Below are positions 41,580 to 50,783 of a stretch of DNA of 64,000 bases, in pieces. Numbering within the stretch: the stretch's first letter is position 1; the number at the start of each line of letters is the position of its first letter. This DNA is from an uncultured Bacteroides sp. (lineage in GTDB: Bacteria; Bacteroidota; Bacteroidia; Bacteroidales; Muribaculaceae), in the NCBI GenBank assembly GCA_964528425.1, contig CAZGTD010000006.1:7915-71914 (forward strand), given 5' to 3'. The translations under genes and the position numbers were made by a program. Below the pieces are notes generated by a model, which was given only the letters and a program-made list of their open reading frames with translations, was not told the DNA's origin and made no database searches.

Positions 41580-42887
41580 ATGACCAATTCACAAGTTAAG
41601 CCCGCCGAAGGCAAACTCGGCGTGCTCGTGGTAGGCCTCGGTGCCGTTACCACCACCTTCATGACCGGCGTGCTGATGGCCCGCAAGGGTCTGGCAAAGC
41701 CCGTTGGCTCAATGACTCAGTATGACCGCATTCGCGTTGGAAAAGGCAAAGACAAAAAGTACCTGATGTATAAAGACATCGTTTCGATGGCTGAACTCGA
41801 CGACATCGTATTCGGTGCTTGGGACGTTTATCCCGCAAATGCCTACGAATCGGCTATCAACGCTGAAGTACTCAAGGAAAAAGATATCAACCCCGTTAAG
41901 GACGAACTCGAAGCTATCAAGCCCATGAAGGCTGCCTTCGACAAAAACTATGCCAAGCGTCTCGACGGCGACAACGTCAAGACCGTTAAGAACCGCTGGG
42001 ATATGGTTGAACAGCTCCGCGAAGACATCCGCAACTTCAAGAAAGAAACCGGCGTTGACCGCTGCGTAGTGCTTTGGGCCGCTTCAACCGAAGTTTACGT
42101 TCCCGTTAACGAAAACGTTCACGACACTCTTGAACACCTCGAAGCTGCAATGAAGGCCGACGATGTTGAAAACATCGCTCCCTCCATGTGTTACGCTTAT
42201 GCCGCTCTGGCCGAAGGTTGCCCCTTCATCATGGGCGCTCCCAACACCACAGTCGACATCCCCGCTATGTGGGAACTCTCCGAAAAAACCGGCATGCCTA
42301 TCGCCGGCAAGGACTTCAAGACCGGCCAGACCCTGGTTAAATCTGGCTTTGCTCCTATCATCGGCACCCGCATGCTCGGTCTCAGCGGCTGGTTCTCGAC
42401 CAACATTCTCGGCAACCGCGACGGTCTTGTGCTTGACGAACCCGCTAACTTCCGCACCAAAGAAGTTTCCAAACTGTCGACCCTCGAATCGATCCTCGTT
42501 CCCGAAGCTCAGCCCGATCTCTATAGCAACTACTACCACAAAGTGCGCATCAACTACTATCCCCCGCGCAACGACAACAAGGAAGGCTGGGACAACATCG
42601 ACATTTTCGGCTGGATGGGCTATCCGATGCAGATCAAAATCAACTTCCTCTGCCGCGACTCAATCCTTGCAGCTCCCTTGTGTCTGGACCTCGTTCTGCT
42701 GAGCGACCTCGCAGCCCGCGCCGGCCGCCACGGCATTCAGCGCTTCCTGAGCTTCTTCCTCAAGAGCCCGATGCACGACTACACCAAGAACGAAGTGCCC
42801 GTTAACCACCTCTTCCAGCAGTACACCATGCTCAAGAACGCCATTCGCGAAATGGGCGGTTACGAAGCTGACGAAGAAATCGACTAA
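41580..42887 (+). CDS. ino1: myo-Inositol-3-phosphate synthase
   Basis: 435 aa (GKLGVLVVGLGAVTTTFMTGVLMARKGL...). The length and motifs fit bacterial MIPS, the enzyme at the start of Bacteroides inositol-lipid synthesis. Confidence 0.8.
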   Translation: MTNSQVKPAEGKLGVLVVGLGAVTTTFMTGVLMARKGLAKPVGSMTQYDRIRVGKGKDKKYLMYKDIVSMAELDDIVFGAWDVYPANAYESAINAEVLKEKDINPVKDELEAIKPMKAAFDKNYAKRLDGDNVKTVKNRWDMVEQLREDIRNFKKETGVDRCVVLWAASTEVYVPVNENVHDTLEHLEAAMKADDVENIAPSMCYAYAALAEGCPFIMGAPNTTVDIPAMWELSEKTGMPIAGKDFKTGQTLVKSGFAPIIGTRMLGLSGWFSTNILGNRDGLVLDEPANFRTKEVSKLSTLESILVPEAQPDLYSNYYHKVRINYYPPRNDNKEGWDNIDIFGWMGYPMQIKINFLCRDSILAAPLCLDLVLLSDLAARAGRHGIQRFLSFFLKSPMHDYTKNEVPVNHLFQQYTMLKNAIREMGGYEADEEID

Positions 42888-42929
42888 GAATTTCAAACGG
42901 TTCGTCCGCGAACCTGAATAACCAAAAGG

Positions 42930-42968
42930 AGAGTGTATCAACTGCAAAGGGTTTGATACACTCTCTTT
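42930..42968 (+). terminator. Rho-independent terminator after the MIPS gene
   Basis: 12-bp stem agagtgtatcaa / ttgatacactct with an 11-nt loop. The T-run is weak. Confidence 0.6.
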
Positions 42969-43020
42969 CGCAAATTTCAATAGCACCATCAACCGGATTC
43001 TGCAAAATAGAGGCCAGGGA

Positions 43021-43875
43021 TTGCTGGCGGTTCTGCGCGTGGCAATCGAGGCTTTCGCGGCTTTTTTCATAACTGCCGCGCTGCTTAATTACGGAGTGGC
43101 CTCAACTGCCATCGGTCGCTGGTTCGAATCGCTCCAGCTTATCCCTGCAGCCATCGGGCTCTTGTTGCCTACTCTGGCATTCTGGCTGGCCATCACCCTG
43201 GTTTTCGGGCGCCTTTATTGCTCGACCGTATGCCCGCTGGGCGCACTGATGGATCTGGGCTCGCGCCTGCGCCCCGAATCGCGCCCGTTCCGGTGGTCGC
43301 GGCCGCTACGCACGCTCAGAATTGTCTGCTTTGCATTAGCCGCGGTTCTTCTTATGCTCCATATCCCGGGCGTAGAGAACTGGATTGACCCTTACGGGCT
43401 TTATCGTTCAATCGTCGGGCGGCTCACTTCCGGTGCTGTTGGCCTGTCGGCAATTTCAGGCGGCGTTATGCTCTGCGCTATAGGTTTTGTTGCCTACCGG
43501 CGCGGCCGGCTTTTTTGCAACTCCGTATGTCCGCTGTCGGCACCGCTTGGGCTGGTTGCGCGGAACGCGGCGTTTCATATCGACATCAACACCGACCGTT
43601 GCACCCAATGCCGCCGTTGCGTCGACGTTTGCAAGGCCTCGTGTATAAATCTCAACGACCACGTTGCGGATATGAGCCGCTGCGTGGTTTGCTTTAACTG
43701 CCTTGCAGTGTGTGCCGACGATGCCATAGCCTACACGCTTTCGCGCCACACGCTCTCCCATCCGTTACTTCAAAAAATTTCATTGTCATCAACATGCAAC
43801 AATATCTCGACCTGCTCCGCGACATCCTCGATAACGGAGACCGCAAAACCGACCGGACCGGCACCGGAACATTGA
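43021..43875 (+). CDS. Membrane-bound 4Fe-4S ferredoxin-type protein (NapH/MauN-like)
   Basis: 284 aa with TM helices. Cys clusters are [27 protein letters not shown] and [11 protein letters not shown]. There is no in-frame ATG near the 5' end, so the start is unresolved (TTG at 43021 or GTG at 43039). The tail runs 82 nt into thyA. Confidence 0.6.
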   Translation: MLAVLRVAIEAFAAFFITAALLNYGVASTAIGRWFESLQLIPAAIGLLLPTLAFWLAITLVFGRLYCSTVCPLGALMDLGSRLRPESRPFRWSRPLRTLRIVCFALAAVLLMLHIPGVENWIDPYGLYRSIVGRLTSGAVGLSAISGGVMLCAIGFVAYRRGRLFCNSVCPLSAPLGLVARNAAFHIDINTDRCTQCRRCVDVCKASCINLNDHVADMSRCVVCFNCLAVCADDAIAYTLSRHTLSHPLLQKISLSSTCNNISTCSATSSITETAKPTGPAPEH

Positions 43876-44588
43876 GCGTTTTCGGACGCCAGATGCGCTA
43901 TGACCTTTCAAAAGGTTTTCCGCTGCTGACTACCAAGAAGCTCCACCTGAAATCGATTATTCACGAGCTGCTCTGGTTCATCAGCGGCGATACGAACGTT
44001 AAGTATCTTCAGGATAATGGCGTTAGAATCTGGAATGAGTGGGCCGACGAGAATGGCGAACTCGGACCGGTTTATGGCCGCCAGTGGCGAGCGTGGCCCG
44101 ACGGGCGCGGCGGGTTTATTGACCAGCTGGCCGAGGTTGAGCGTCAGATCAAGGAAAATCCCGATTCAAGGCGGCTTATAGTTTCGGCCTGGAATGTTGC
44201 CGACGTGCCCAATATGGCGCTGCCGCCGTGTCATGCGTTCTTTCAGTTCTATGTTGCCAACGGCCGGTTGTCGCTGCAGCTTTATCAGCGTTCGGCCGAC
44301 TGCTTTCTGGGTGTGCCGTTCAATATTGCCAGCTATGCGCTTCTATTGCTGATGATGGCGCAGGTTACCGGACTTGAACCCGGAGAGTTTATTCACACAA
44401 CCGGCGATACTCACCTGTATTTGAACCATCTGGAGCAGGCCCGCCTTCAGCTTCAGCGGGAGCCCCGGCCGCTGCCGCGCATGCGCCTCAACCCCGAGCG
44501 CAAATCAATTTTTGACTTCCGCTTCGAAGATTTCACTCTCGAAGACTATAATCCTCATCCACATATTCCGGCCACGGTGGCCGTTTAA
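43794..44588 (+). CDS. thyA: Thymidylate synthase
   Basis: 264 aa from the ATG at 43794 ([31 protein letters not shown]...[11 protein letters not shown]). The upstream extension shown in the ORF track is rejected. Confidence 0.9.
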   Translation: MQQYLDLLRDILDNGDRKTDRTGTGTLSVFGRQMRYDLSKGFPLLTTKKLHLKSIIHELLWFISGDTNVKYLQDNGVRIWNEWADENGELGPVYGRQWRAWPDGRGGFIDQLAEVERQIKENPDSRRLIVSAWNVADVPNMALPPCHAFFQFYVANGRLSLQLYQRSADCFLGVPFNIASYALLLLMMAQVTGLEPGEFIHTTGDTHLYLNHLEQARLQLQREPRPLPRMRLNPERKSIFDFRFEDFTLEDYNPHPHIPATVAV

Positions 44589-44619
44589 ACCATTATTCAC
44601 TTTTTAATTTCTTTATTTT

Positions 44620-45048
44620 ATGTCAACAAAAAATCTAAACATCCTTCTTGGTGTTATCGGCGTTATTTTAGCGTTCGGTATTTTTCTTGTCGTTGCGGGC
44701 TTCCCGATCAAGGAGTATAGTGCCTTCGGGCAGACCGGTTACATTGTTATGGCCGGACTGTATAGTGAAGGTGATATGAACTTCGGGCTTCACTTGGGAG
44801 CCATTGTAATATTGCTGGGCTACATTGCCACATTCGTGATGCTATTCATGCAAAAACGCACTGCTTATATCGGTCAGTGCGTGGCATTGCTCGGCGCGTT
44901 AATATTGATACTGTCTGTACCCTCAATCGGTAATGGTGTACCTTTTGTAGAGACTTCAATCAGTTTCGGATACTGGATCATTATTGCCGTTACTTTGATT
45001 TGGGGCGCTTGCTTATATCTGGTAGATCGCAAGGCTGACAACAAATAA
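44620..45048 (+). CDS. Small membrane protein, unknown function
   Basis: 142 aa with four predicted TM helices. GC is lower than in its neighbours. Confidence 0.5.
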   Translation: MSTKNLNILLGVIGVILAFGIFLVVAGFPIKEYSAFGQTGYIVMAGLYSEGDMNFGLHLGAIVILLGYIATFVMLFMQKRTAYIGQCVALLGALILILSVPSIGNGVPFVETSISFGYWIIIAVTLIWGACLYLVDRKADNK

Positions 45049-45073
45049 GCGATTTTTAAGCTAAGTAAAATTA

Positions 45074-45110
45074 ACGGGCTGCGTTGCAATCAGCGACGCA
45101 GCCCGTCTTT
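45074..45110. terminator. Bidirectional rho-independent terminator
   Basis: 11-bp stem acgggctgcgt / acgcagcccgt with an 11-nt loop and a T-run. It lies between convergent genes. Confidence 0.75.
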
Positions 45111-45125
45111 TAAGGAATCGGCAGG

Positions 45126-47447
45126 TTATTTGACGATTGATTTGGTTACCGAGCCATCGGAGTTCTTAATAACGTAAACACCGTTGGCGGGATTGATTGA
45201 GCGGCGGCCAAACAGATCGTAGGCCTCGGTGGTTGCAGTTTGAGTCGCGCGGCGGTCGGCTATTGAGGATATGGCATCGGCCTTAACGTTTACGCTGATT
45301 TCAACGCCCGGGCCTTTAACGGTTACCGTGCCTTCAACGTTGCCGGTGACTGAGCTTGCGCGTTCGATTGTCAGTTCGCAACGGTCATAGCGCCCTGCAA
45401 CCGAAGCGTTGAAGCCTTCCGGGGCTTCAACGGTCAGCTGCGAGCCGTCGTAGTATGAGCCGAGCATCACTTTAGCTTCATTCTGGTCGGCGCCGATGGT
45501 AACTTCCTTGGTTTCGCACGTCAGCCATGGGAAATCGGCTATCACTCCGAAGGCAAAGGCCGACATGAGCGAGTAAACGTCGTCATCTTCCGTATAGAGC
45601 AAGGGCTTGACCGAATAGTAGGCCGGACGTCCCGAAGCTACCTGGAAGTCGATGTGTGACATCATATACGACAGGTTCATCACTCCAGGTTTTTCATTGC
45701 GGGTCTGCAGGGGCATGAAGTATTCTACCTTGTCGGAATTAAAGCCTTCGAGCATAAAGAAGAATGCCGGCTGCTTCTCGGTTGCGGTAATAACCACCGG
45801 AGCGTCAAAGGCAAAGGGCAGGCAAATGTAATCTTTCTGGCTTGCGTCGCCTTCGGAGTAAATAATCTCCGAGCCTTTGATGGTTTGGGTCGCAACGGTT
45901 ACGAAATCGGAGGGGTCGGCGGAAATTCCTATAGGGGTGTTATCTTCATCATAGAGCTGCTTGAGAGCGTAGATTGAGAATTTCAGCTCGGCTTCGGGTT
46001 GAATCAGGCCGAATCCAAACACGTTGATGCCGTTAACAACGAGTTTCGACCCCTGTTCAGGCATATAGAGGTTTGCAATGCCTTCGAGGTGGTTATAGCA
46101 TGTTTCGGGGCTGGCGTCTTCGTCATTGCCGGCGGTGTAGTTATACCAATATTCGTTTGTGAACTGATTATGGCCGAACACGGGAATCGAAAGGGCTCCG
46201 ATTTTGTCGTCGCTGACGGTTATGCCGCCGAGGTCGGCATCGCCGGAAGTGAACGGGAAGAGACTGAACCGGTAGTGCACGCCTTTTTCGGTAAACTCAG
46301 CGGTTCCGCCGGCCTGCATTGAAATCGACGGCGTATATTCAGTCGTTGCCTTTCCGGGAGCGGAGGCAATCAGCGTCGGAGGCGTCTGAATGTTGTTGGT
46401 CAGCGTCGTTTCATCGGTGTAGTCGGGATAGTAAGTCAGCTGCAGGTCAATCTGGTCATTGTCGGTTGCTTCTTCGCCGGTTACGGGGTCGATATATTTC
46501 CATGAATAGGTAGCATCCTCGCCCGAAGTGTTGGTGAACGTAACCGGCTCCATAACGGGCAGCTGCGCAATCTCTTCGGTCATGGAAATGAAGTCGGGAG
46601 TCATGCCCCAGTAAAGAGTGTGGGCCGGCAGAGAGTAGGAAACGTCGTCGAGGCCGGGAATGCCCACGCGCACGGCATCGAACCACATGGAATCGCCATC
46701 TTTGCCGACGTAGCGGAATCCGAATTGAACCTTTTTGCCGGCATAGGCGCTGAGGTCAACGTTTTGTTTCTGCATTCCGGTCGGAGTTGCCATTATAAGC
46801 TCCATGGCATCGTCGTAGTCCTTATAGCGGTCGGCAATATCCTGGATTTTGGTCCATTCTTCGTCGCCTTCGGCCTTGACCATCACCTGGAAAGTAGCGG
46901 CAATGATTTTTTCACCTTCATACTTGTAGGTTTCAGTATTAAGGTTTGCATCCGAAAAAAGCCAGATGGGTTGATAGAACAGATAGTAGGACAGCTCAAC
47001 CCCCCGGGCGATTTCAATCTGCGGCGTTATGAGCCACTCGTCCTGTTCCTCGTCTGATGCAAGAATCATGTAGTAATACTGGCCTTCGGCAGGTGCAGGA
47101 TAGGAGGAGCTATATTGAAACATCGGGAACCAGCTGTACAGGTCGTCAAGCGGGGCCTGACGCTGCGCTGTCCAGCCGTCGGGGAGCCACTGTGAGGGCA
47201 GATCGTCTGCCGGCCACGCCTCGAAGCTTTCATAAAACGCGGTTTCCGCGCCGGCTTCCTGCTCTGCACGGGGCGAAGCTGCGCGCACCGGTTTTACCGG
47301 ACGCAGAATGTTTTCGGTGGCCATTGCCGGTACTCGCCGCATGGGGCGGTCAGCGAGCTTCTCTGTCGAGAACTTTGCAGGAATTATGCCCGCGGAGGCA
47401 ACTGCGGCGGTAACGGTCAGTATGGTTGAAAGAAGCAAATGTTTCAT
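45126..47447 (-). CDS. Secreted protein of unknown function with T9SS C-terminal sorting domain
   Basis: 773 aa with a signal peptide. The C-terminus is ...AYDLFGRRSINPANGVYVIKNSDGSVTKSIVK. The N-terminal FYESFEAWPADDLPSQWLPDGW resembles choice-of-anchor J type domains, though the resemblance is weak. Confidence 0.6.
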   Translation of the reverse strand: MKHLLLSTILTVTAAVASAGIIPAKFSTEKLADRPMRRVPAMATENILRPVKPVRAASPRAEQEAGAETAFYESFEAWPADDLPSQWLPDGWTAQRQAPLDDLYSWFPMFQYSSSYPAPAEGQYYYMILASDEEQDEWLITPQIEIARGVELSYYLFYQPIWLFSDANLNTETYKYEGEKIIAATFQVMVKAEGDEEWTKIQDIADRYKDYDDAMELIMATPTGMQKQNVDLSAYAGKKVQFGFRYVGKDGDSMWFDAVRVGIPGLDDVSYSLPAHTLYWGMTPDFISMTEEIAQLPVMEPVTFTNTSGEDATYSWKYIDPVTGEEATDNDQIDLQLTYYPDYTDETTLTNNIQTPPTLIASAPGKATTEYTPSISMQAGGTAEFTEKGVHYRFSLFPFTSGDADLGGITVSDDKIGALSIPVFGHNQFTNEYWYNYTAGNDEDASPETCYNHLEGIANLYMPEQGSKLVVNGINVFGFGLIQPEAELKFSIYALKQLYDEDNTPIGISADPSDFVTVATQTIKGSEIIYSEGDASQKDYICLPFAFDAPVVITATEKQPAFFFMLEGFNSDKVEYFMPLQTRNEKPGVMNLSYMMSHIDFQVASGRPAYYSVKPLLYTEDDDVYSLMSAFAFGVIADFPWLTCETKEVTIGADQNEAKVMLGSYYDGSQLTVEAPEGFNASVAGRYDRCELTIERASSVTGNVEGTVTVKGPGVEISVNVKADAISSIADRRATQTATTEAYDLFGRRSINPANGVYVIKNSDGSVTKSIVK

Positions 47448-47470
47448 GTGGTGGATTGTCGTGTGATTGT

Positions 47471-50400
47471 TTATTTAAGAATCAGACGGTTCGATTGAAT
47501 ATAAATGCCACGGCGGGGAGCAGAGATTACACGGCGACCCTGAAGGTCGTAGAGGGCGGCATCTGTTTGCTCTGGTGCGTGGAGTTCGCCTATGGCACCA
47601 AGTTCAGAGTCGGGAGTGTAGACTATGCGGACGTCGGCATCGGCCATAACGTTTCTCAGCGCATCTTCGCCCTCAACCGCAGTAATCTGATAGCCTTTGC
47701 GGAAGGGAAGCTCAAGCACGTGGCGTTCGCCGGGAGTTGCATAACGCAGTGCGGTTCCGAGTTGAGTGCCGTGATTGTCGACATATGTAACGTTAACGCG
47801 ATAGAGCGGCTGAGCCAAGAATTCATAAATTTCAATGGGGTGGCCGCTGCCGTTGGGCCAGCCAACAAGGTCGAGGTTATCGAGGCCGTCCCAATACTGG
47901 CCGTTAGAACCGAGAACGGTCCAGTGGTCGTCTGAGTAGGTAAATGTGAAAGAGTCACCGACTTTTCCGACTTTGGCGGTTGTTGATTTTTCGAGGGAGC
48001 GGACGTATAGGTCGTTGCCCAGGTTGCGCACTTTAAACTTGTTGCCGTTGGCTTCGAGGGTCCAGGTAAATAGCGGCGACACATTCAGGGCCGACTTCGC
48101 ACCGCTTACGGTGTTGGCGGCCGTTGCGCAGCGGAATGCGTGGCGGTCGGCATGGGCATCGCGAATGAGATACGCTTTTCCCGCCTCAATAGCATCGAGC
48201 TTGCCGAGGGGCTGTTTCACGCCGAGAGCGGCAGTTGTGGAGTAGACGGTTTTAACAATGTAGGAGCCATCGGGCTGAGCTTCGGCATTGCCTATCTGTT
48301 CAAGAGTGAAACCGGGGAATTCCTGACCGACAACCTCTATTGGCCCGCTCATGGGGAAGGTAACCGTGTGGATGTCGACGTAGGCTCCGTTTTCGGTTTG
48401 GCCAATGTAGGTTACGGTGCGCGCGGTACGGTTGTAGGTAATGGTCATACCTTCTGCCGATACCGGTTCGAAATTCTCGATTACGGGCGCTGATGCCATA
48501 ATGTCGGCATCAGCGGGCAGGCCGCGCGAAGCCTTGAGCAATTCATTGCCTTCGGTGTCGATGCAGGTAACGGTAACGGGGCTGACTTCGGAGATTTCGA
48601 ACCATGCACCCTGCTGGGGCGATACGCCCGAACCTTCATAGCGGTTTTCGCCGGCGCGAATAGTCTGAGCGGCGGTGGAGGCATCAGCGGGCACCATCCA
48701 TAGGGGCAGGTCGTTGATAGCGAGCATTATGCCGCTGTTGAGGTCCGGCCGGGGCAACCATGCTTTGATTTCGCATGCGGTATTGCCGAGTTCGACGCCG
48801 CGGTTCATGCCTGAGATGGTGCCGTCCGAGAGGCCGGAAATAGCTTTTTCGGTGAAAGCGTTGCGGAGCTTGATGGTTGCGGTATCGCCGGCGGTGTTAT
48901 ACGTTGCGGCTTCAACGATCCACACTGTTTTGCCCCACGAGTCAGGAGCGTAGGCGAGCGACGTTGTTCCGTTGTCGGCCATAGTGGCGCCGGCAAAACC
49001 GTCGGCCACGCTCTTGAGCTCGATGGTCATTCCGGCCTTGAGCTGAGGCATGGTGTGGGGTGCGGGCTTGGCCGGTTCCTCGCGTTCAAGCATCCAGTAG
49101 GGAGAATAGAGGTAGCCGTTAAGGTCCAGGAGCTCGCGGTCGGCGCTCATGCGTTTCTGGAACGATTCCCAGTTCTTATTGTTCTGCTGCGACCAACCAA
49201 TTTCGGCGATAGCCAGAAGGCGGGGTAGAGCCAGATATTCCAGATATTCACGATAGCCTACACGTTCGGCCCAGAAGGTGCCCTGAACGCCGTAGGCGAG
49301 GTGTTTGTTTTTAGCCTTTAGGATTTCGGTGGTGAAGGGAATGGTCTGGTAAACGGATTTGACGTCGTCGCACTTATAGCCGTTTGCCGGCGGGTCGTCG
49401 GGATGCTGCGAGCGGTTGATGTAGAACGAGCCTTTGGTGTCGCTGCTCTTAGAAATGGGGGTATAGATTGCGGGGAGTCCGAGCTGCGAGGCCTTGTTGA
49501 CGGCACCTTCGGCTCCGGTCCAGCACCACACTGTTGCGCCGGTCTGCTTGATGAGTTCTTCGTTGGTTCCGCCGGCGGTTATCGACTCATTCCAAACGCC
49601 CAGGCGGCGCCCTTTGGATGCGGCATAATCGGCCAGATGTTTGGTAAAGTAGCTCTGGAGCTGGCGGGGGTGAGTCATATTTTCGCGCTGGTAGAGGGCT
49701 ATGCACTCTTCATTTCCGCCGGTAACCTTGCCTTTGGCGTCGATTTTAACCCAGCCGCCCTCGGGGCATTCGTCGCCGCCAATGTGGATTATTTCGGAGG
49801 GGAAAATATCGATGAGCGCGTCAATAACGTCTTCGGCAAATTTCAGTGCGCCGGGGTTGGCCAGGTTGAGCACGTCGCTATAGATGCCGCCGGTCGAGGC
49901 TACGGAGTGGCCTCCGTTGGGGTTCAGCGAAAATTCGGGATAGGCGGTCATCAGGGCGCTGAGGTGGCCGGGCATTTCCACTTCGGGAATAATGTCGATA
50001 TGGCGTTCGGCTGCGAATTCAACCAGGTCGCGCATTTCCTGTTGTGTATAATAATAAGGGCCGTAAGGTTTGTTGAGCCAATATTCGGTTTTGGTCCACA
50101 TGTCAACAATCTGCACGTTGGGGGCAGTGGCGCCTACGGTTTGCAGGCGCGGGTAGTCGGGCATTTCAAAGCGCCAGCCCTGGTCGTCGGTCAGATGCCA
50201 GTGGAATTTATTCATCTTATAGTAGCTCATCGCCTCAATCATGCGCTTTATGTCGTCGATGGGGAAGAAATGGCGCGAGCAGTCGAGCATGAAGCCGCGA
50301 TATTCAAAGCGCGGTTCGTCGGTGATTTCGACTACGGGCAGGGAGTAAACTGCGTCGGGAGCGCCCTTGACTCCGGCCATAACGTTGGCCGGGAGCATTT

Positions 50401-50782
50401 TCTTCAGTGTCTGGAAGGCATAGTAGAGGCCGGCGGGCTCTCCGGCGCCAACGCTGACGCCGTCGGGGGTAACGCTGAGGGTGTAGCCGCCGACGGGCAG
50501 ATTATCCGCAACGTCAACCCGGATATTGCCGGTTGCGTCGCTAACGCCTGTGGCTTCGAGGTCGGTTGCGCGGTTAAGGGCGGTTATAAACTTTTCAACC
50601 TCGTTTTCCAGAGGCATGTTGACCGCCGAGGTGCAGCTTACGGTAACCCCTTTTGGCAAAACGTATTCACCATCTCCTACAACCATTTTCTTAGGAGCCG
50701 GAGTGAGGTTGACGAAGGTTTCGGCCGAAGCGGTCAGGCCGAGGGCAAGAATGAGCCCTGAAAGAATGCTTTTGGTTTTCAT
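47471..50782 (-). CDS. GH20 beta-N-acetylhexosaminidase with C-terminal accessory modules and T9SS sorting domain (paralog 1)
   Basis: 1103 aa from the ATG at 50782 (MKTKSILSG...). GH20 motifs are FEYRGFMLDCSRHFF, FHWHLTDDQGWR and IHIGGDECP. The C-terminus is ...LYDLQGRRVISAPRRGIYIQSNRLILK. Confidence 0.85.
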   Translation of the reverse strand: MKTKSILSGLILALGLTASAETFVNLTPAPKKMVVGDGEYVLPKGVTVSCTSAVNMPLENEVEKFITALNRATDLEATGVSDATGNIRVDVADNLPVGGYTLSVTPDGVSVGAGEPAGLYYAFQTLKKMLPANVMAGVKGAPDAVYSLPVVEITDEPRFEYRGFMLDCSRHFFPIDDIKRMIEAMSYYKMNKFHWHLTDDQGWRFEMPDYPRLQTVGATAPNVQIVDMWTKTEYWLNKPYGPYYYTQQEMRDLVEFAAERHIDIIPEVEMPGHLSALMTAYPEFSLNPNGGHSVASTGGIYSDVLNLANPGALKFAEDVIDALIDIFPSEIIHIGGDECPEGGWVKIDAKGKVTGGNEECIALYQRENMTHPRQLQSYFTKHLADYAASKGRRLGVWNESITAGGTNEELIKQTGATVWCWTGAEGAVNKASQLGLPAIYTPISKSSDTKGSFYINRSQHPDDPPANGYKCDDVKSVYQTIPFTTEILKAKNKHLAYGVQGTFWAERVGYREYLEYLALPRLLAIAEIGWSQQNNKNWESFQKRMSADRELLDLNGYLYSPYWMLEREEPAKPAPHTMPQLKAGMTIELKSVADGFAGATMADNGTTSLAYAPDSWGKTVWIVEAATYNTAGDTATIKLRNAFTEKAISGLSDGTISGMNRGVELGNTACEIKAWLPRPDLNSGIMLAINDLPLWMVPADASTAAQTIRAGENRYEGSGVSPQQGAWFEISEVSPVTVTCIDTEGNELLKASRGLPADADIMASAPVIENFEPVSAEGMTITYNRTARTVTYIGQTENGAYVDIHTVTFPMSGPIEVVGQEFPGFTLEQIGNAEAQPDGSYIVKTVYSTTAALGVKQPLGKLDAIEAGKAYLIRDAHADRHAFRCATAANTVSGAKSALNVSPLFTWTLEANGNKFKVRNLGNDLYVRSLEKSTTAKVGKVGDSFTFTYSDDHWTVLGSNGQYWDGLDNLDLVGWPNGSGHPIEIYEFLAQPLYRVNVTYVDNHGTQLGTALRYATPGERHVLELPFRKGYQITAVEGEDALRNVMADADVRIVYTPDSELGAIGELHAPEQTDAALYDLQGRRVISAPRRGIYIQSNRLILK

Positions 50783-50783
50783 G

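Noticed and set aside
44620-45048. Expected folA downstream of thyA
   Set aside because: The ORF is a four-TM membrane protein with no DHFR motifs. folA is simply not in this window, and no conclusion can be drawn without the whole genome.
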